DNA of 64,000 nt, from positions 13,516,001 to 13,580,000 of the forward strand of contig OZ316776.1 of assembly GCA_973851085.1 (NCBI GenBank), written 5' to 3'. Source of the stretch: Ptychomitrium polyphyllum. Lineage: Eukaryota. Below are positions 15,161-28,490 of the stretch, piece after piece; position 1 is the first letter of the stretch; every line of letters begins with the position of its first letter. The notes under the pieces are model-generated. The model made no database searches, was not told where the DNA came from, and was given only the letters and a program-made list of their open reading frames with translations. The translations under genes were made by a program, and so were the position numbers.

Positions 15161-15243
15161 AGGCACGGGGGGGGGGCGAGGCACGGGGGGGGGGCGAGGC
15201 ACGGGGGGGGGGCGAGGCACGGGGGGGGGGCGAGGCACGGGGG
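15161..15243 (+). repeat. Tandem repeat of 18-bp unit AGGCAC(G)10CG, ~4.6 copies
   Basis: Units start at 15161, 15179, 15197, 15215 and 15233 (partial). Confidence 0.93.
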
Positions 15244-15469
15244 TCATGCGACGGTGCCCAGCCCCGCACCATCCTTGATCTCCATGGCGGCGATTTTGGC
15301 AGGGCTCCCCCTTGTTCTTGCCCATGCACGCTCGCTCCCTTCAGTCCCGCTCCTCTCCTCTCCTGGACGCGCTTCTCCAGCTTCCCTTCTCGCCCACCAC
15401 GCACTATCCCAACCCTGTCGGTGAAGTCCCCATGTCCCTTTAGCAATCCCCACACGCACTCGGTCTCTC

Positions 15470-17248
15470 ATGGCATTCTTCGCTCTCAAGCTGCGCCACT
15501 GCCTTCGCGCGGCCGCTCTGCATCACCGCCACCGCCGATTTCTCTCTGCGCACGCGCACGCGCACCCTCCCAATTCCTCGTCCTCTGGCGCTGCCAAGTT
15601 GCTCCCCGGTGCCACGCTCGCCACCTTGCTCATGCTAGGCACTCTGCACGCGCGCCGTCTCTACGGCGACTCCAAGCTCCAACAGCAGCGCGCTGAAGGC
15701 GTTGAGCTTCAATTCGCTGGCGACTGGAAGGCAACTTTTTTGCAGGTTTTTCCTGTCTCATACGGCAGAGATTCGATTTTCAGTGTTTCGTTGGCTGATT
15801 TTATATCTTGATCACATGGTTCTTTTGTACTTATTGTTAAGGTGCATGTAAACGAGAGTATTGCTCTTTCTTGTATTACTACTCCGAGCCTGAGAACTGA
15901 GAAGCACGTGCGGTTCAGGTGTTGCCACTTCGTTTCATTTCGAGGAGGTGGGGCGAGATCACATCAGTAGAATTGCCCCTTTGGTTACGACCACATGTTT
16001 ACAATGGTTGGGCTAGAGCATTTCATTCCAATTTGGAAGAAGCGTCGAGGCCGGTGGCAGAGTATCCGTCTCTGCGTGCTTTTTTCACGCGGAAGCTGAA
16101 AGCCGGTGCGAGACCGCTTGAAATTGGTCCCACCAACCTTATAAGTCCGGTTGATGGAATTGTCCTTGGTTATGGGCAAGTTAAGGGTTCTGGTACTATG
16201 ATTGAGCAGGTAATCAGATAGATTTTGTGTGATGTGTAAATTATACATAGTTCGCTATGTAGATCCTCTGCCTTTGAATTAGGAGATTTAGAAGTTGATG
16301 CCAGCCAGCTTGTAATATCCATAAGACCTGCGTATGCGACTATGCTACAAGGATTTCTTCAATCTACGGGACCTTAGACTTGCTTGTTGCTTATGGATCG
16401 GCTTTTGAAACAGGTTAAGGGGTTCTCATATTCCTTGTCAGCCTTACTAGGAGCTCCTCCCCAGCTTTCAGGTACATACACCTCTGAGGGTTATCTTAAA
16501 TCTTCAAGGCTCTGCTGTTTACTGACGCGTTGAAGCACAGATACCCTTTAGGAGAGACGTGTTCATACTCTGAAAACCTAAATGATCTGTGTCTCCACCA
16601 GATTCAAAGACTACAACGTTAATTGAAGACAATCAGATCTTGACGACAACAACTGCACCAACGGATTCACCAATCTTGGAGGGGCCAAGGAGTATTTCGA
16701 AGGCGTTGAATAGGTCACTGAAGGGCCTATTTTACTGCGTGCTCTATCTTGGACCAGGTGATTATCATCGGATTCACTCACCTAGTGATTGGAAGATTCG
16801 ATTGCGCCGTCATTTTGCAGGAAAATTGTTTCCAGTTAATAAACGGGCAGTTCGGACTGTGAAAAACCTTTACGTCGTGAACGAAAGGGTTATACTGGAA
16901 GGCGAGTGGTCGCAGGGGCTTATGGCAATGGCTGCTGTTGGTGCCACAAACGTAGGATCTATAGAGATTGCGTTGGAGCCAGAGCTGAAGACGAACTTAC
17001 CCTTGTTAGGTCAGCAAGCACATTCTATTGTTTCTACTAAAAAATACGGAATCGGTGGAGAAGGTCTCGCTGTGAAGGCTGGGGATGAGGTCGCAGTGTT
17101 CAACCTGGGTTCCACAGTAGTGCTTGTCTTTGAGGCCCCTGTGGCTGTTGATAATTTTGCCAACTCTAATTTGCAGGAAGAACAGTTCAGATTTCTGCTA
17201 CAGGAAGGACAACGTGTGAAAATGGGGGAGACGATAGGGATGTGGTAA
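15470..17248 (+). CDS. PSD1: Phosphatidylserine decarboxylase proenzyme, mitochondrial type, ~423 aa. Exons 15470-15745, 15919-16209, 16414-16471, 16602-17248
   Basis: Contains LPLRFISRRWG, FFTRKLK, SPVDG, YLGPGDYHRIHSP, NERV, VGATNVGSI and the FNLGSTVVL self-cleavage (LGST) motif. The N-terminus is basic and presequence-like with a hydrophobic segment. Exons join in phase (1272 nt). Confidence 0.93.
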
Positions 17249-19495
17249 CCGATATTTGCGGAAGACAATCCATGATGAGTTGGCAGTCTTCTCCAAGAGC
17301 TCTTAAGGGTGAATTTAAAGCATGCTGGTAAAGATCATCAGGTTCATGTGCCATTGGTATTTGGCCGGCTGTTGTTTTACAACTACTTTTGAAGAAATTA
17401 TTTACGAGAGCTCGCTTGTGCGATCTCCTTGTGCAAGGTATTCAGTGAGATGCTACAGGTGAGCATCCAATAATCTCCCATCTCTCTTCTGCACCTGTTT
17501 GCTGTTGAAGACAGTACAGACACTGTTTGTTTTTGTATGTACTGTTTAAAAGAACAATTTAATAGTAAATATTTTTAAAAACTTTTATTTCTTATAATTC
17601 CAAGTTTTTCTATTTCTGTGCATTTCTCAGGATCTGTTGACTTAGTTAAATCTGAACTGAGGACCAAGGACCTGGAATGTTTCAAGCCCAAGGAGTTTCT
17701 GCTTAAGGAAGGACCTTGAGTGTTTCTGTGTAACGTCATCACATGTAACCTCTCACAGCAATTATTAAAGGATTTTTTAGTTTCAGGGTTTGGCCGGGTT
17801 TGAGCAGAATCTTCGCGGTAAGGCGTGATTACCACATTACGCTCCCGAGTTACTTCTGGGTTTTAGGTTTTGGCATCTACCGTACTGTGTAATGTGCGAG
17901 TCTGATGAATTCGGAAGTCTTGTTCATCAGGAAGGAATTCTCAATAAATTTTGTGGCTGCATTCCGTTTGTGATACTTATTTCATTTTAGGTGAGCGACG
18001 AATTTTACATGACACTTTATTATATTTTATCTGCTTGGGAGTATCTGATGTGGAGACACAGCAGGGTTTCGGTGGTGGCCTAGATAGTGGTGGCTATTGT
18101 TGGATGGGTGCAATACGTATGAGGATCTGGACGAAGCATCCTCCAGGGACATGCAAACTGAGAAATGTGGTGCACAAGCGACGTAGAAGATGCACGAGGT
18201 TTGTTGTCGACAATCATCAATTACACACTCACGGACAATGTTTTGCACACCAACCTGCACTCTAATGTCTCGCTTTTGCAAGCTTACCAGACGAGCTCCT
18301 CTCCAAGGTGCTCATGTGGTTGCCTGTACGAAGCCTATGTGAAGCACGCACCTGTTTGCAGGCGGTGGAATGAATGTATGAAATCTTCGGAAGTGGTGGA
18401 TCCAGAATCCTGGCTTTAGGTCATATTAATTTTCAGATTCCGAAAGGTGATGTCATGTGGAAACATAGCCTGTTGCCACAAAGTGACGTGCCACATTAAT
18501 TACTTGGCATTACGCTACAAATTGTATTAAGTATTACCGATTCTACATTAAATAGGGTTTATATGTTGCTCCTTACTAATATCTCGACATGTCAATCTTT
18601 ATGCATTTTTGTAGATTTTAGATGCCCATATAGAAAACGAAGTTGGTAGTTAAGTATTAATCTTTGTAGATGAAGTGAACTGTATTTCGGGCAATCTAAA
18701 TAAGGTACCAATTCCAGGATTTGGGAAAACGGCTAGAAAAGGTCAGTTCACCGAATATCACTACAATGTAAATGTTGTAACCAGACTGCGGGATCATTAA
18801 CATAACAAATCAGGTGCAGAGCACGGCACGATCTTATGCTCATTGAAGTCTAGACTACGAATGCAAAAATGGAAAGCCAGAAGAAAAAACAGCAACGAGT
18901 TATTGTAAAGGTATGGAGACTTTAACGGAGACAGGGATCCTACGAAGTTGTTTTGAAAGGACTTAGGGAGAAATAGAGCAAGAAACATTTGGATGCACGA
19001 CAAGCATCCTCCACTACCGCTGCCGCGATAGATGTAGGGATGAAGACCTAAAGACTGTCATTGCAACAATACCTATCTTTAGCATACACAGCATTCCATG
19101 AAGTCTACGAGCGGCGTATGTGGTGTCCAAATTAGTGCACAGTGATTTTATTTCATTGTCAGAATTGGACTTAATCTACGATTGGGCGTTGAGAGGTTAC
19201 GATGTGAAATGTTCGCAGGAGTTAGATGACGGGTGGGCTTCAGGGACAACGACGGTTTTGGGTAGTGGCCTCCCGAACGCCAGGCTCGCGGAGGAACGAG
19301 AGACGCGTTGGGAGTGCGATGATCCACCATCGTCGACGGGGGAATCGAGCGAATACTGTACAAATGGGTCCACCCGGTACCGGTGACCGTGGCACTGCTA
19401 ATTCAGCCCCACATGTAAGTTCTCTCAGCTGTGCTTTTCTTTGCTTTGCTTCCTCATTCTCGTGCCGTTTCTCACTCTGGCCATCCTTGCGCGTG

Positions 19496-22400
19496 ATGGC
19501 CGCGTCGCAGCGTCATCGCGCGGGACCATCGTGGTGGTCTCACTTCTCTGCCTCGGCGCTGCGCGTCAAGAACGCGCCCTCTCTGTTTGGCACCGACACT
19601 CTGGAGAAGCGCGTCGGAGGCCACTCTGCCACTGCGGTATCTCTCAGTCGTAAATTAGGGTTACTGGATCTCATTCTTCTGGGAATTGGCGCCTCCATTG
19701 GTGCGGGCATTTTTGTCATCACGGGCACCGTTGCACATGATGCAGGCCCTGGTAAGTATCAAGTTTTGAAGTAGGAGAGTTCGTGTTTACAAGCTGATGC
19801 CTTTGTCCTCTGTGAGACGGTCTGCTATTGGCCTTTCAATGGATTTGGTTGTCAACATGGCATTTGAAATGTGTGGCTAGATTTTAGTGACGTTTAGCAA
19901 GGGAGTCCTAGGTGCACTTTTCATCGAAAACGTGTCTTGTAAGTTGGTCATGCAGTTGTCGTTACAGTTTGTATGAAAACTTTCATGAACTTTCTCTAGG
20001 AATCAAAGTTTGGCGACCTAGCGAAGTATGCTTTAGTATCTGCTCTGCGGAGACAAGGGTGGTTTACCATGAAATCATGGTTTCTGTCCGTACATGGTCA
20101 AATGTTTTTTTTCTGGATTCAATTGAATGTGTTCACTTTTCCTTGCGGGTACTATGGACTCGATTGCTTTAAACAAATATAGATTTCGTGTTATTGTTTC
20201 ATGTTATCTGAGGGTTTATCGTCATGAGCCCGATGAAGATATACTATGCGCCTCTGGGAAAAAATTTGACCGGAAAACAGCGTGTGTCTGTTGTTGTGTG
20301 TAGCTGTGGTGTTAAGTTTTGCATTGGCAGCAGCTGCATGTGTGCCGAACGCCCTTAGCTATGCGGAACTTTCAAGTCGGTTTCCAGCTCTTGTAGGGGG
20401 CGCCTACCTGTATTCATATTCCACATTCAACGAGCTCACGGCGTTTCTAGTTTTCTGCCATCTTATGTTGGATTATCACATCGGGGCGGCAAGTATTAGC
20501 CGTAGCCTTGCTAGTTATCTGGTAACTATGCTTCAGGTAAGGAAGCTTCTGGGCTTTCTTTCTCTCCACCATGCTTAGTGCCTTTATCACCATTATGTGT
20601 GACTCCTGAACTCTAGAGGTAAAGATGAGCGTGAATGTCACAGTTCGTCGTTGATGAAGATGCCTTTCTTTCTCCTCTACTCGTTTTTCCTAATTTTTTC
20701 ATTAACCTGAGAAGTTTTCAGACAAATATTGCTTCTCTTTGTTATCTAGGTCAAGCTGTTGTTTTATTGCAATTCATCGACTGTCGCTTTTTGTGCTTGT
20801 TAACGTGCATAATGTGAAGAACCAAGCGTTATCGTTTAATGATCATATTTCAACTCGATTATTCAGGTTTTTCCAGTGGTGAAAGCCCTGCCAGCATGGA
20901 TAGGACCAGGAGGGTTAGAGCTATGTGGCGGAGTGGTGTCCATCAACGTAGTAGCACCTGTGCTATTGGTTGGGATCACCATCATTCTATGTCAAGGTGT
21001 CAAGAAATCATCAGTGGTTAATGATGTAATGACTGTAACCAAGGTGCGCATATTCTTTCATATTGTTTTGAGTATGTAGCATCGTCTTGGTGTATGTTGT
21101 TGTTGAGAGCTTCGTTCATTCCGTGTTTTCCAGTTAAGGCCTGATACTTTTTTTAGTGCATGCGAGTCTATGCGTTCAATTCTTTTCTGTACTTAATTCT
21201 GACATTTGTCAATGTTGCTTGAATGATTTGGGCATCCACTAAATAGATTGTTATAGTGCTGATGGTGATTGCGGTGGGGAGTTTTGAAGTTGATACTTCC
21301 AATTGGACACCCTTTGCACCACATGGTTTGACTGCTGTAATCACGGGGGCGACTGTCGTCTTTTTTGCTTTTGTGGGATTTGATGCGGTTGCCAACTCCG
21401 CCGAGGAGAGTAAAAACCCGCAGGTAATGTTACGGCACTATTGCAGTGTTCATTACTTTCTCAAAAATTGAGTAACTCATGAGGTATATGTCTCTTTCTC
21501 GAAGCACGTGGTTGATCAGTGATAGCATCCTTGAGATCCCTTAATTACATGTGGCATAATGTCAGAAGTATTTTTTTCTGAAATCTGTACCTGTGCCTGC
21601 AGCGAGATTTGCCCTTGGGCATACTCGTGAGCTTATTCGTGTGTGCAGGATTGTATGTGGCAGTCTGTTTGGTGGTCACTGGTATGGTGCCTTATGTCAA
21701 TCTTGGAGGAGATGCTCCTCTTGCCAATGCCTTCAGAGAAAAAGGACTTAGCTTTGTTAGTGTCTTAATTAGTGTCGGTGCCGTTTGTGGCTTGACTACT
21801 ACCGTTCTTGTTGGCCTCTATGTCCAGGTATTAGTTCCTTACATTTTGCATTTTCTAGTGTTATTTAATTTTCCCTCTCATTTGCTGTTACTGCCAATTA
21901 TTTAGTTTTCATTACAATTGATTTGTTTTATCGTGGTCTATTCTGTCACGTTTGTCAACTGTTAAATAAGTCTGATTTCAAGACCTTTGACTGTATTATT
22001 CTTTGCTTTACAATGAAAGCGTATTTGATCAAATTCATTATTGAAATGATGTGCAGTCCCGACTTTACTTGGGGTTGGGGAGAGACGGTCTCCTACCTGC
22101 GTTCTTTGCAAAGATAGATGATGAGTATCGGACACCTGTGACAGCTCAAATATGGGTTGGTGCTGTAGCAGCTTCTTTAGCGGGACTTTTCAACGTTAGC
22201 CACCTCTCACATATTCTCTCGGTTGGTTGCCTGGTAAGGATACTTGTTAGAAGAAGTTGTACTTGCTACTTCAAAAGAAATTGCTGATAGCTTAGCTGAG
22301 TACTGTTGACTTATAGATTTATTGATACGATGTCAAGGCTAAACCTCGTGTAGGATGCCTGCTATATAGGTGCTGAATGGCTCCCGATTTTCTAGAGAGG

Positions 22401-23481
22401 GAGGTACTTTCTTGGTCTAAAGTTGCCTTATAATGTACGTTAATGCAAATCTTTTCCGCCGCTGATGTTTATGTTGCTTTGATGGAGTTGGCTACAGGCT
22501 TCATACTCTGTAGTCTGTGCGTGCGTAGTGATGCTACGAATAGACACTGAAGATCAATGGCATGACAGGGAGGATCACCTTCCCCGGAAGGGTCTCACTC
22601 GGTGGCAAGAAGCTATTTTGTGCATATTATGTATGGCTTTATTGGGATTTTTAGTAGGTTTGTGCTACAGGTCTGGCGCCTCAGTAGCCTATGGGATAGC
22701 TTTGTTGGTGATGACGGGTTTGCTGACAATACCACTTCTTACTCGCCAGGTTAGTGTTTTCCTCAGTTTTGCAGTTCTCAAGAGTTCTTTTGCAATCTTG
22801 TAGATGCCTTTGAGGTTGCTAGAAGTCTGTACCTTGTTTGTGATAAATTTCTGTGTGATTTTCTTAATTTTGTTTTTACGATATCATTGTTTACCTCAAT
22901 TGTGCAGGAATATAGGCGGCCGTCCGGTTTTGCGTGCCCTTGGGTTCCTATGCTACCAGTGCTGAGCATTTCGTTTAATATGTTTCTTTTTGCTCAGGTG
23001 ATTTCTAGTTCGAATTGACGCTTTCCCTAATTAATCATGCTAGGCTTCTGCTATAGGTATTTGCTGTAGCGGATGCCTTGCGTCCACGTGTACTTCTTCA
23101 TAACGGGTAGTTGTAAGACAAGGTACTTGTTGTGAATAGGAGAGATTAGTTTTCGCCCTACAGTAGGTCAAAGTCAACATATATAAGAATACAGCATTTC
23201 GTAAGTTGTCAAACCTTGAATGTTGCAGTTGATTCGGAAATCGATTTGGTGCGTTGAGTACTTACAGAAAATCAGACAGCTAATATTTCTGAATATGTTT
23301 TCTGCAGCTGCACTGGGAAGCTTGGGTAAGGTTTGGCGTTGTCACAGTGATAGCCATACTGGTATATGGATTTTACGGCCAACACAATTCTACTACCGAC
23401 ACATCAATCAGCGAGCAGTCGCCCTTGTATTACAAAGCTCCCATTCTGGATTCAGTTACTTCATTCGATTACCCAGCATAG
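19496..23481 (+). CDS. CAT9: Cationic amino acid transporter (APC superfamily, CAT9-like), ~586 aa. Exons 19496-19751, 20304-20536, 20867-21043, 21247-21423, 21603-21827, 22057-22233, 22498-22749, 22908-22997, 23308-23481
   Basis: Motifs LGIGASIGAGIFVITG, YAELSSRFP, GGAYLYSY, FFAFVGFDAVANSAEE, QSRLYLGLGRDGLLP, FACPWVP and LHWEAWVRF. Nine in-phase GT-AG exons (1761 nt). Confidence 0.9.
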
Positions 23482-25566
23482 GTTCGCCTAACATTGTACT
23501 GAAGTCTCTAAAGTGGGATAATTTAGTTGCATTCATGTGTTTCTATATTTCATTGCAAGTGATGCTTGTATTTGTGTAGATATTTGTGCAGTGTAATTTA
23601 ATACCAGTTCACTGGTGAGGTGCAGGGGTTTCCTGTTGTAAATATGAAAACAAAAGTGTGGAAAATTTGATAAAGGCCATTCCCCTTTGAATTTGTAAAA
23701 GAGGAATCACTAACATTATGGATCCAGCTTGGCTTTTCACATCTTTAACTGAAGCATAGATTATCCATAGAAACCTTAAAACTTATCCAGAGAAGAAAAC
23801 TATTCCCATCTTATTATTTTAATATTCTCCTATCTTTTGTGCACCTTTTCTATTGCCTAAAATACTCATAAAGCGGCCCTAAAATACATAAGCGGTCAAT
23901 AGGTTAAGACTTTTCTACAATAGTTGTTGTATAGATAGTTAATTCATGTTTCATCCATAGTTTCTTCTTCTATAAGTGACATGATAAGGTATAGAGTCTT
24001 TAAAGGAGAATTTGAGTGACAAGAAAAGGTATAAGGCAATCTCTTATAGTAATTATGCAAGTATTTTAATTCTTTGTTTTCTTGAAGGTTAACAAATTTG
24101 ACATAATCGGGTTGAATTGCTAAAAATAGGTTAAGATAAGAAAATCATTTTGGATAAAAAAGAATTTATAAATTTTCCTTATGAATAGATTTACATGAAT
24201 TTTGAATTGAAAGAAGTTTCTACATCAAATCTTCTATCTTTTAATGGATATAAGTTTTTGTTTTCATCATATTTGAATTATAAACATGTTTGGATTATAA
24301 ACATAACATCTTAAAGTAAGGATATTATATGCTTTAGGAACTTATAAGCAACTTCAAAATGTACATCTATTTAGAATTAGATATACATTTTAAAGTGGTT
24401 TTAATGAATGTGAAATATAAGAATATTTTTTTTAACATTTGATTATACACCTAAAATTTATCACTTTTATTTTTATCTAGAAATATTTATGGATTTTATA
24501 TAAAAAGTACTTAAAATGATGCACATAGTTTTATTTTATTTTATATTTATATTATAGTGTATTGTAATAAATTCCTTATATGATTTTTTAATTAAAAGTA
24601 CTTTAAAATGGCAATGGCCATTCAAATTGTTCCAAGGACAAAGTCTTTTTCTATCTTAATCATATTAATGATATTACACATTTTTCTTGAACTTGTCTTT
24701 CATTAAAATGTCCATATTTTAGATTAAATTTATTGCATCTCTCATCTTCTGCAAGGTAATGTACAAAGCCCTTCCTACAATAAATAAAACAAGAGTTTTT
24801 TAGATTGAAGAATAATGACATAGTTCACAGTACAATTCATATGATGTTGAATACCAGTTTCAGAAATCACTTCATTGGCAACATAGTGTGTACTCTGCTT
24901 TGTTATTTAGATTAGAAGTTTATTGACATTTAGAGTTGGCATCCCTGACTAGAAAGACGATTAGAATTGGTGATACTAAATACCATTTTTAGTGAAGCAG
25001 CCAATTTATGTCGGTACGATAATTGTTATCTATATTATTTTGACTGCTCGAAAGTTACTTGTGGAAAAAATGCCAACATAGAAAGGATGATCCACAGTCT
25101 GCAAGGGTTTGAGTATTGGACGACAGCTAAAGGATGGACTCACGCATCCACCTCTCTCTGAAACCAGGTTCGATTTGTTTAATGCCCAGACCTAGAAGCT
25201 CAATGCAAGGTGACTGCAACCGGATGCCGTAATATCCATTCTGGCGAGCACTTGACCGCGACTGGAAGGAAAAGGTGATACAGAGAAGCTCACAAGAGCC
25301 TTTCGCATTTGCAAGCGCCACCACGTGCAGCGCATATGAACAGAACACCATCCCCAGAATGACAGCAGAACAACGAAACCTTATTGAATACGGTACACGA
25401 TCAGGCCAAGAGCTCAGCGAACTCCGCAAGGAACTTTCCCTGGGTTTATTACTGGCTGTGGATCATTTCCTTCACAGATTATGCCAAGCAGCATTGCATA
25501 AAATAACCCTGAAGCTTACGGTGTTTCGACTACTAACTGAGACGATGTAAAATACAGCCCGGAATA

Positions 25567-27890
25567 TTAATTGACGCAGATGAAGTTCGCGTCGGCATTC
25601 TCGTCTGTGCAGAACAGGCATGGGTGTTGCTTAAAGCCCGACTTGGACAACGTCTCGCGAATCCTCATCACCAGGTCGCGGTTGGAGATGGAACCATCAT
25701 GCTGAGCCAGAACGCTGATCAAGGCGTTGCTGAAAGCGCCGTACGACTGCGAGTGGTCGCCCGCAGGTGTGGCATCCGCGGAGGTCTCGTTGTGTTGACA
25801 GCCACTCACTAGAATGCCTGCATCTGGACGCGCGCGGTGGCTCAGAGATGGCCGCATTCCACCGTAAGCGGCTTTAGCAGATGACGGATGGACGGTACCA
25901 GCTGCAGCCGTGTAGCTAGCAATTTGATCAGGAGACTCCGAATTTAACTTCGCTTTCAGGAATTGACTAGCCAGCCCAGATACCGTGCCCATGAATCCAC
26001 CTTGAGCACCTGCGCTCTGTACACAAGCCAACAAATGGGGTCAGTACGCAACAGTTTCGAAGAGAGAACCTTGACCACAGCATTCTCGACAAAATAGTAA
26101 ATTAAGAGTTTTGCCTGCACTCTGTAAAGTAGTACATATGGAGAATGATCTACTTCGTAACTAGGATATATGTACGGACCCACCAATATTTGTATTAATC
26201 ATGCACTTGAGGTTGTCTATGACATCTGCAGACAGAAATTCTAGGTTCCCGTTGAATATTTAAGCTCGAAAAGAGTGCATATAAATCCTGCCTACATTTT
26301 GACTCAAGCATGAGTATTCAGGTAACAATGGGCATGGAACCTCAAATCGTGATTGGCTATAAGGCTGACTGCCGTATGGTATCAATACGAGACAGAGTTC
26401 CCATAAATACTAACGACTTTCCCCTTCGTATAGACCATATAGAAGTACATATTCCTCATCCCTAAAAACCCTTCTTCAATTTGCAGTAATTTCTATTCGA
26501 AGGACCGCAACAATCAAATCACAAATACAACAGAATGCAACCTGAAGCTGGGTGAGGATCACGTTCACAAAAATCTTCACTTTAGGGCTGGCGTCGTCCC
26601 CGAACATGTCAAAAATCGTCGTTCGAATGTTTCCGACCTTCACCTCGTGTCCAGTCCGCTGGCTCAAAATCTCAGTCAGGGTGTTGATGTCGAGGTTTTT
26701 GTTTTTCATCTGCTGTCCTGTCTCTTGCAAGTACTGTGACTCGAAGTCAAAATTTTGAGTGCCCAGATTACCTTCTCCCTCGACTCCCTCTCGTCTGTGT
26801 GATGCATGGTCCTTAATCTTGGCCTTGGCCTTGGACAAAAAGCCTCGGAATCCGGACTTCTCGTCTGCATCTCCTTCTTCTCCAGCAAAAGAGTCAATAC
26901 CCTTACCAACTAATCCAAATAAGCTGCCTTCGTCACCGGCATTTGATGGCAGACTGGCATAGTTCGTAACGGAGTTACCAATCTGTTCTTTCGTAGAGTC
27001 AATGAGACCACCACTGTGGCAAGAGTCTGATAAGAATGTGAATGTCACTCCAACAGGTATTTGGTTCACCAATTCTCTGAAGTCATCATCTGTGCACACA
27101 TTCCAGACTGTCAATCTGGTGAACGCCCCACAACTGAATGTTGCTCACAAACACTCTTAAGATCCGGAGTAGGGAAATTAGAGAAACATCACGCATTAGG
27201 AACAACCATCTCGCCTGAGTAGACGAAGCTCGACTAAGAAGTCGGAAGACTTAAGTATCTGGGTTATCGATCTACCACGCACATTCCAAACAATTATCAA
27301 GCTACTACCATTTTAAACGTAATCCTCGTGTTAAACGATGGGAAAAAAGGCAAACCTGTCAAAAGGTTCATGTCGGTAGGTACAATGGCTTCATCAGATC
27401 CAGTGTCATCCATCTCGCCAGATTCTGCAGGAACCTGTAGTTGATATGAACACGCGTCGAGATTCAGCAACATATGAGGAGTAACTGCATCACTCACTTG
27501 TACACGAAAGCAGCTAAACGAAGTACACTGTAATGCATATCCCCATCTCACGTGAAAGGCGAATTCGGGGCACATTCTCCTGAACTGATTTTAGGAGGGT
27601 TTGACTTAATTGTATCTGAATACCTGCGTGCCATGTCCACTGTAGTGGAAGACCAGGCAATCTCCGGCTTGCGTGTTCTCGATTAGCTTGGCCAAACACC
27701 TGCGAATGTTTTTGCCCGTGGGCTGGGGCAAGCTTGGATCACTGTCCAACATCACCAGAATATCGGCTTCATCAAAACCAAACCGATCCAGAAGCAATGC
27801 TTTCATGCGCCTCACGTCATTGGCACACCCGTGCAGCTCACACTTGGTGCCAGGATAATTGCACCCCACCAGCAACGCCCGCTTCGACAT
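25567..27890 (-). CDS. Type II metacaspase, ~447 aa. Exons 27890-27624, 27434-27356, 27089-26542, 26016-25567
   Basis: N-terminus MSKRALLVGCNYPGT with no prodomain. Catalytic HYSGHG and DSCHSG, a long linker with KNKNL (autolysis-like site), p10 domain LVSGCQHNETSADA and C-terminal QHPCLFC. Exons join in phase (1344 nt). Confidence 0.93.
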
Positions 27891-27931
27891 TACGCTAACT
27901 TTGCGATTCTTCACTCTCCTAAGAGTTCCAC

Positions 27932-28490
27932 CTGCGCCACGACATCAATATTACATATTCACGTGGCTAAGTCACTGTTCCATAAACATCCATTATGCAA
28001 GCCCAAGCCCCAACAACGAATTCAATCTTGCGTGAGACAGTTAAACGAGTTCATCCCACAAAGAGGAGGAAATCGGCAACACAAGCACCGACGTGTATAA
28101 CAACTCCCAACTCCTCAAACATAAGTCCAGATGTGGAGAGTCGGTAGCGTCCAGTCCATCAAGGTGGGGTTCACAGGTGCACCTCACTGTGAAATTCCCG
28201 TGAAAGCTCATGACTCACACCACTCGGTTCACAAGCATAAATCCAGCCTACACAGAAGATCCAACAACATACAGATCGCCCACAATGTGCCCAACGCAAT
28301 GATCCCGTGATGCCCACGAGGCAATCTCAAAACAAGGACACTTCGCGTTGAGAACGTAGAATCGGTGACAGATTGGTTCAACTTGCTCCACTCAACAAGA
28401 GCATCACCGAAACGTGGGACCCTGGAAAGAGTACTCCTTAGAAAGCAAGCAAACAAGATAAGGGCAACGTAGGAGTAACTTAGTACATAC
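27932..28490 (-). other. Probable 5'UTR (leader) intron of the metacaspase gene
   Basis: Minus-strand donor CAG|GTATGT at 28490 and acceptor GCGCAG|G at 27932, ~40 nt before the ATG. A CT-rich, GC-rich leader exon lies upstream (~28491-28800). Confidence 0.55.

Noticed and set aside
15470..27890. PSD1, CAT9 and metacaspase as a functional gene cluster
   Set aside because: No shared pathway or regulatory evidence in the sequence; adjacency alone is not support.
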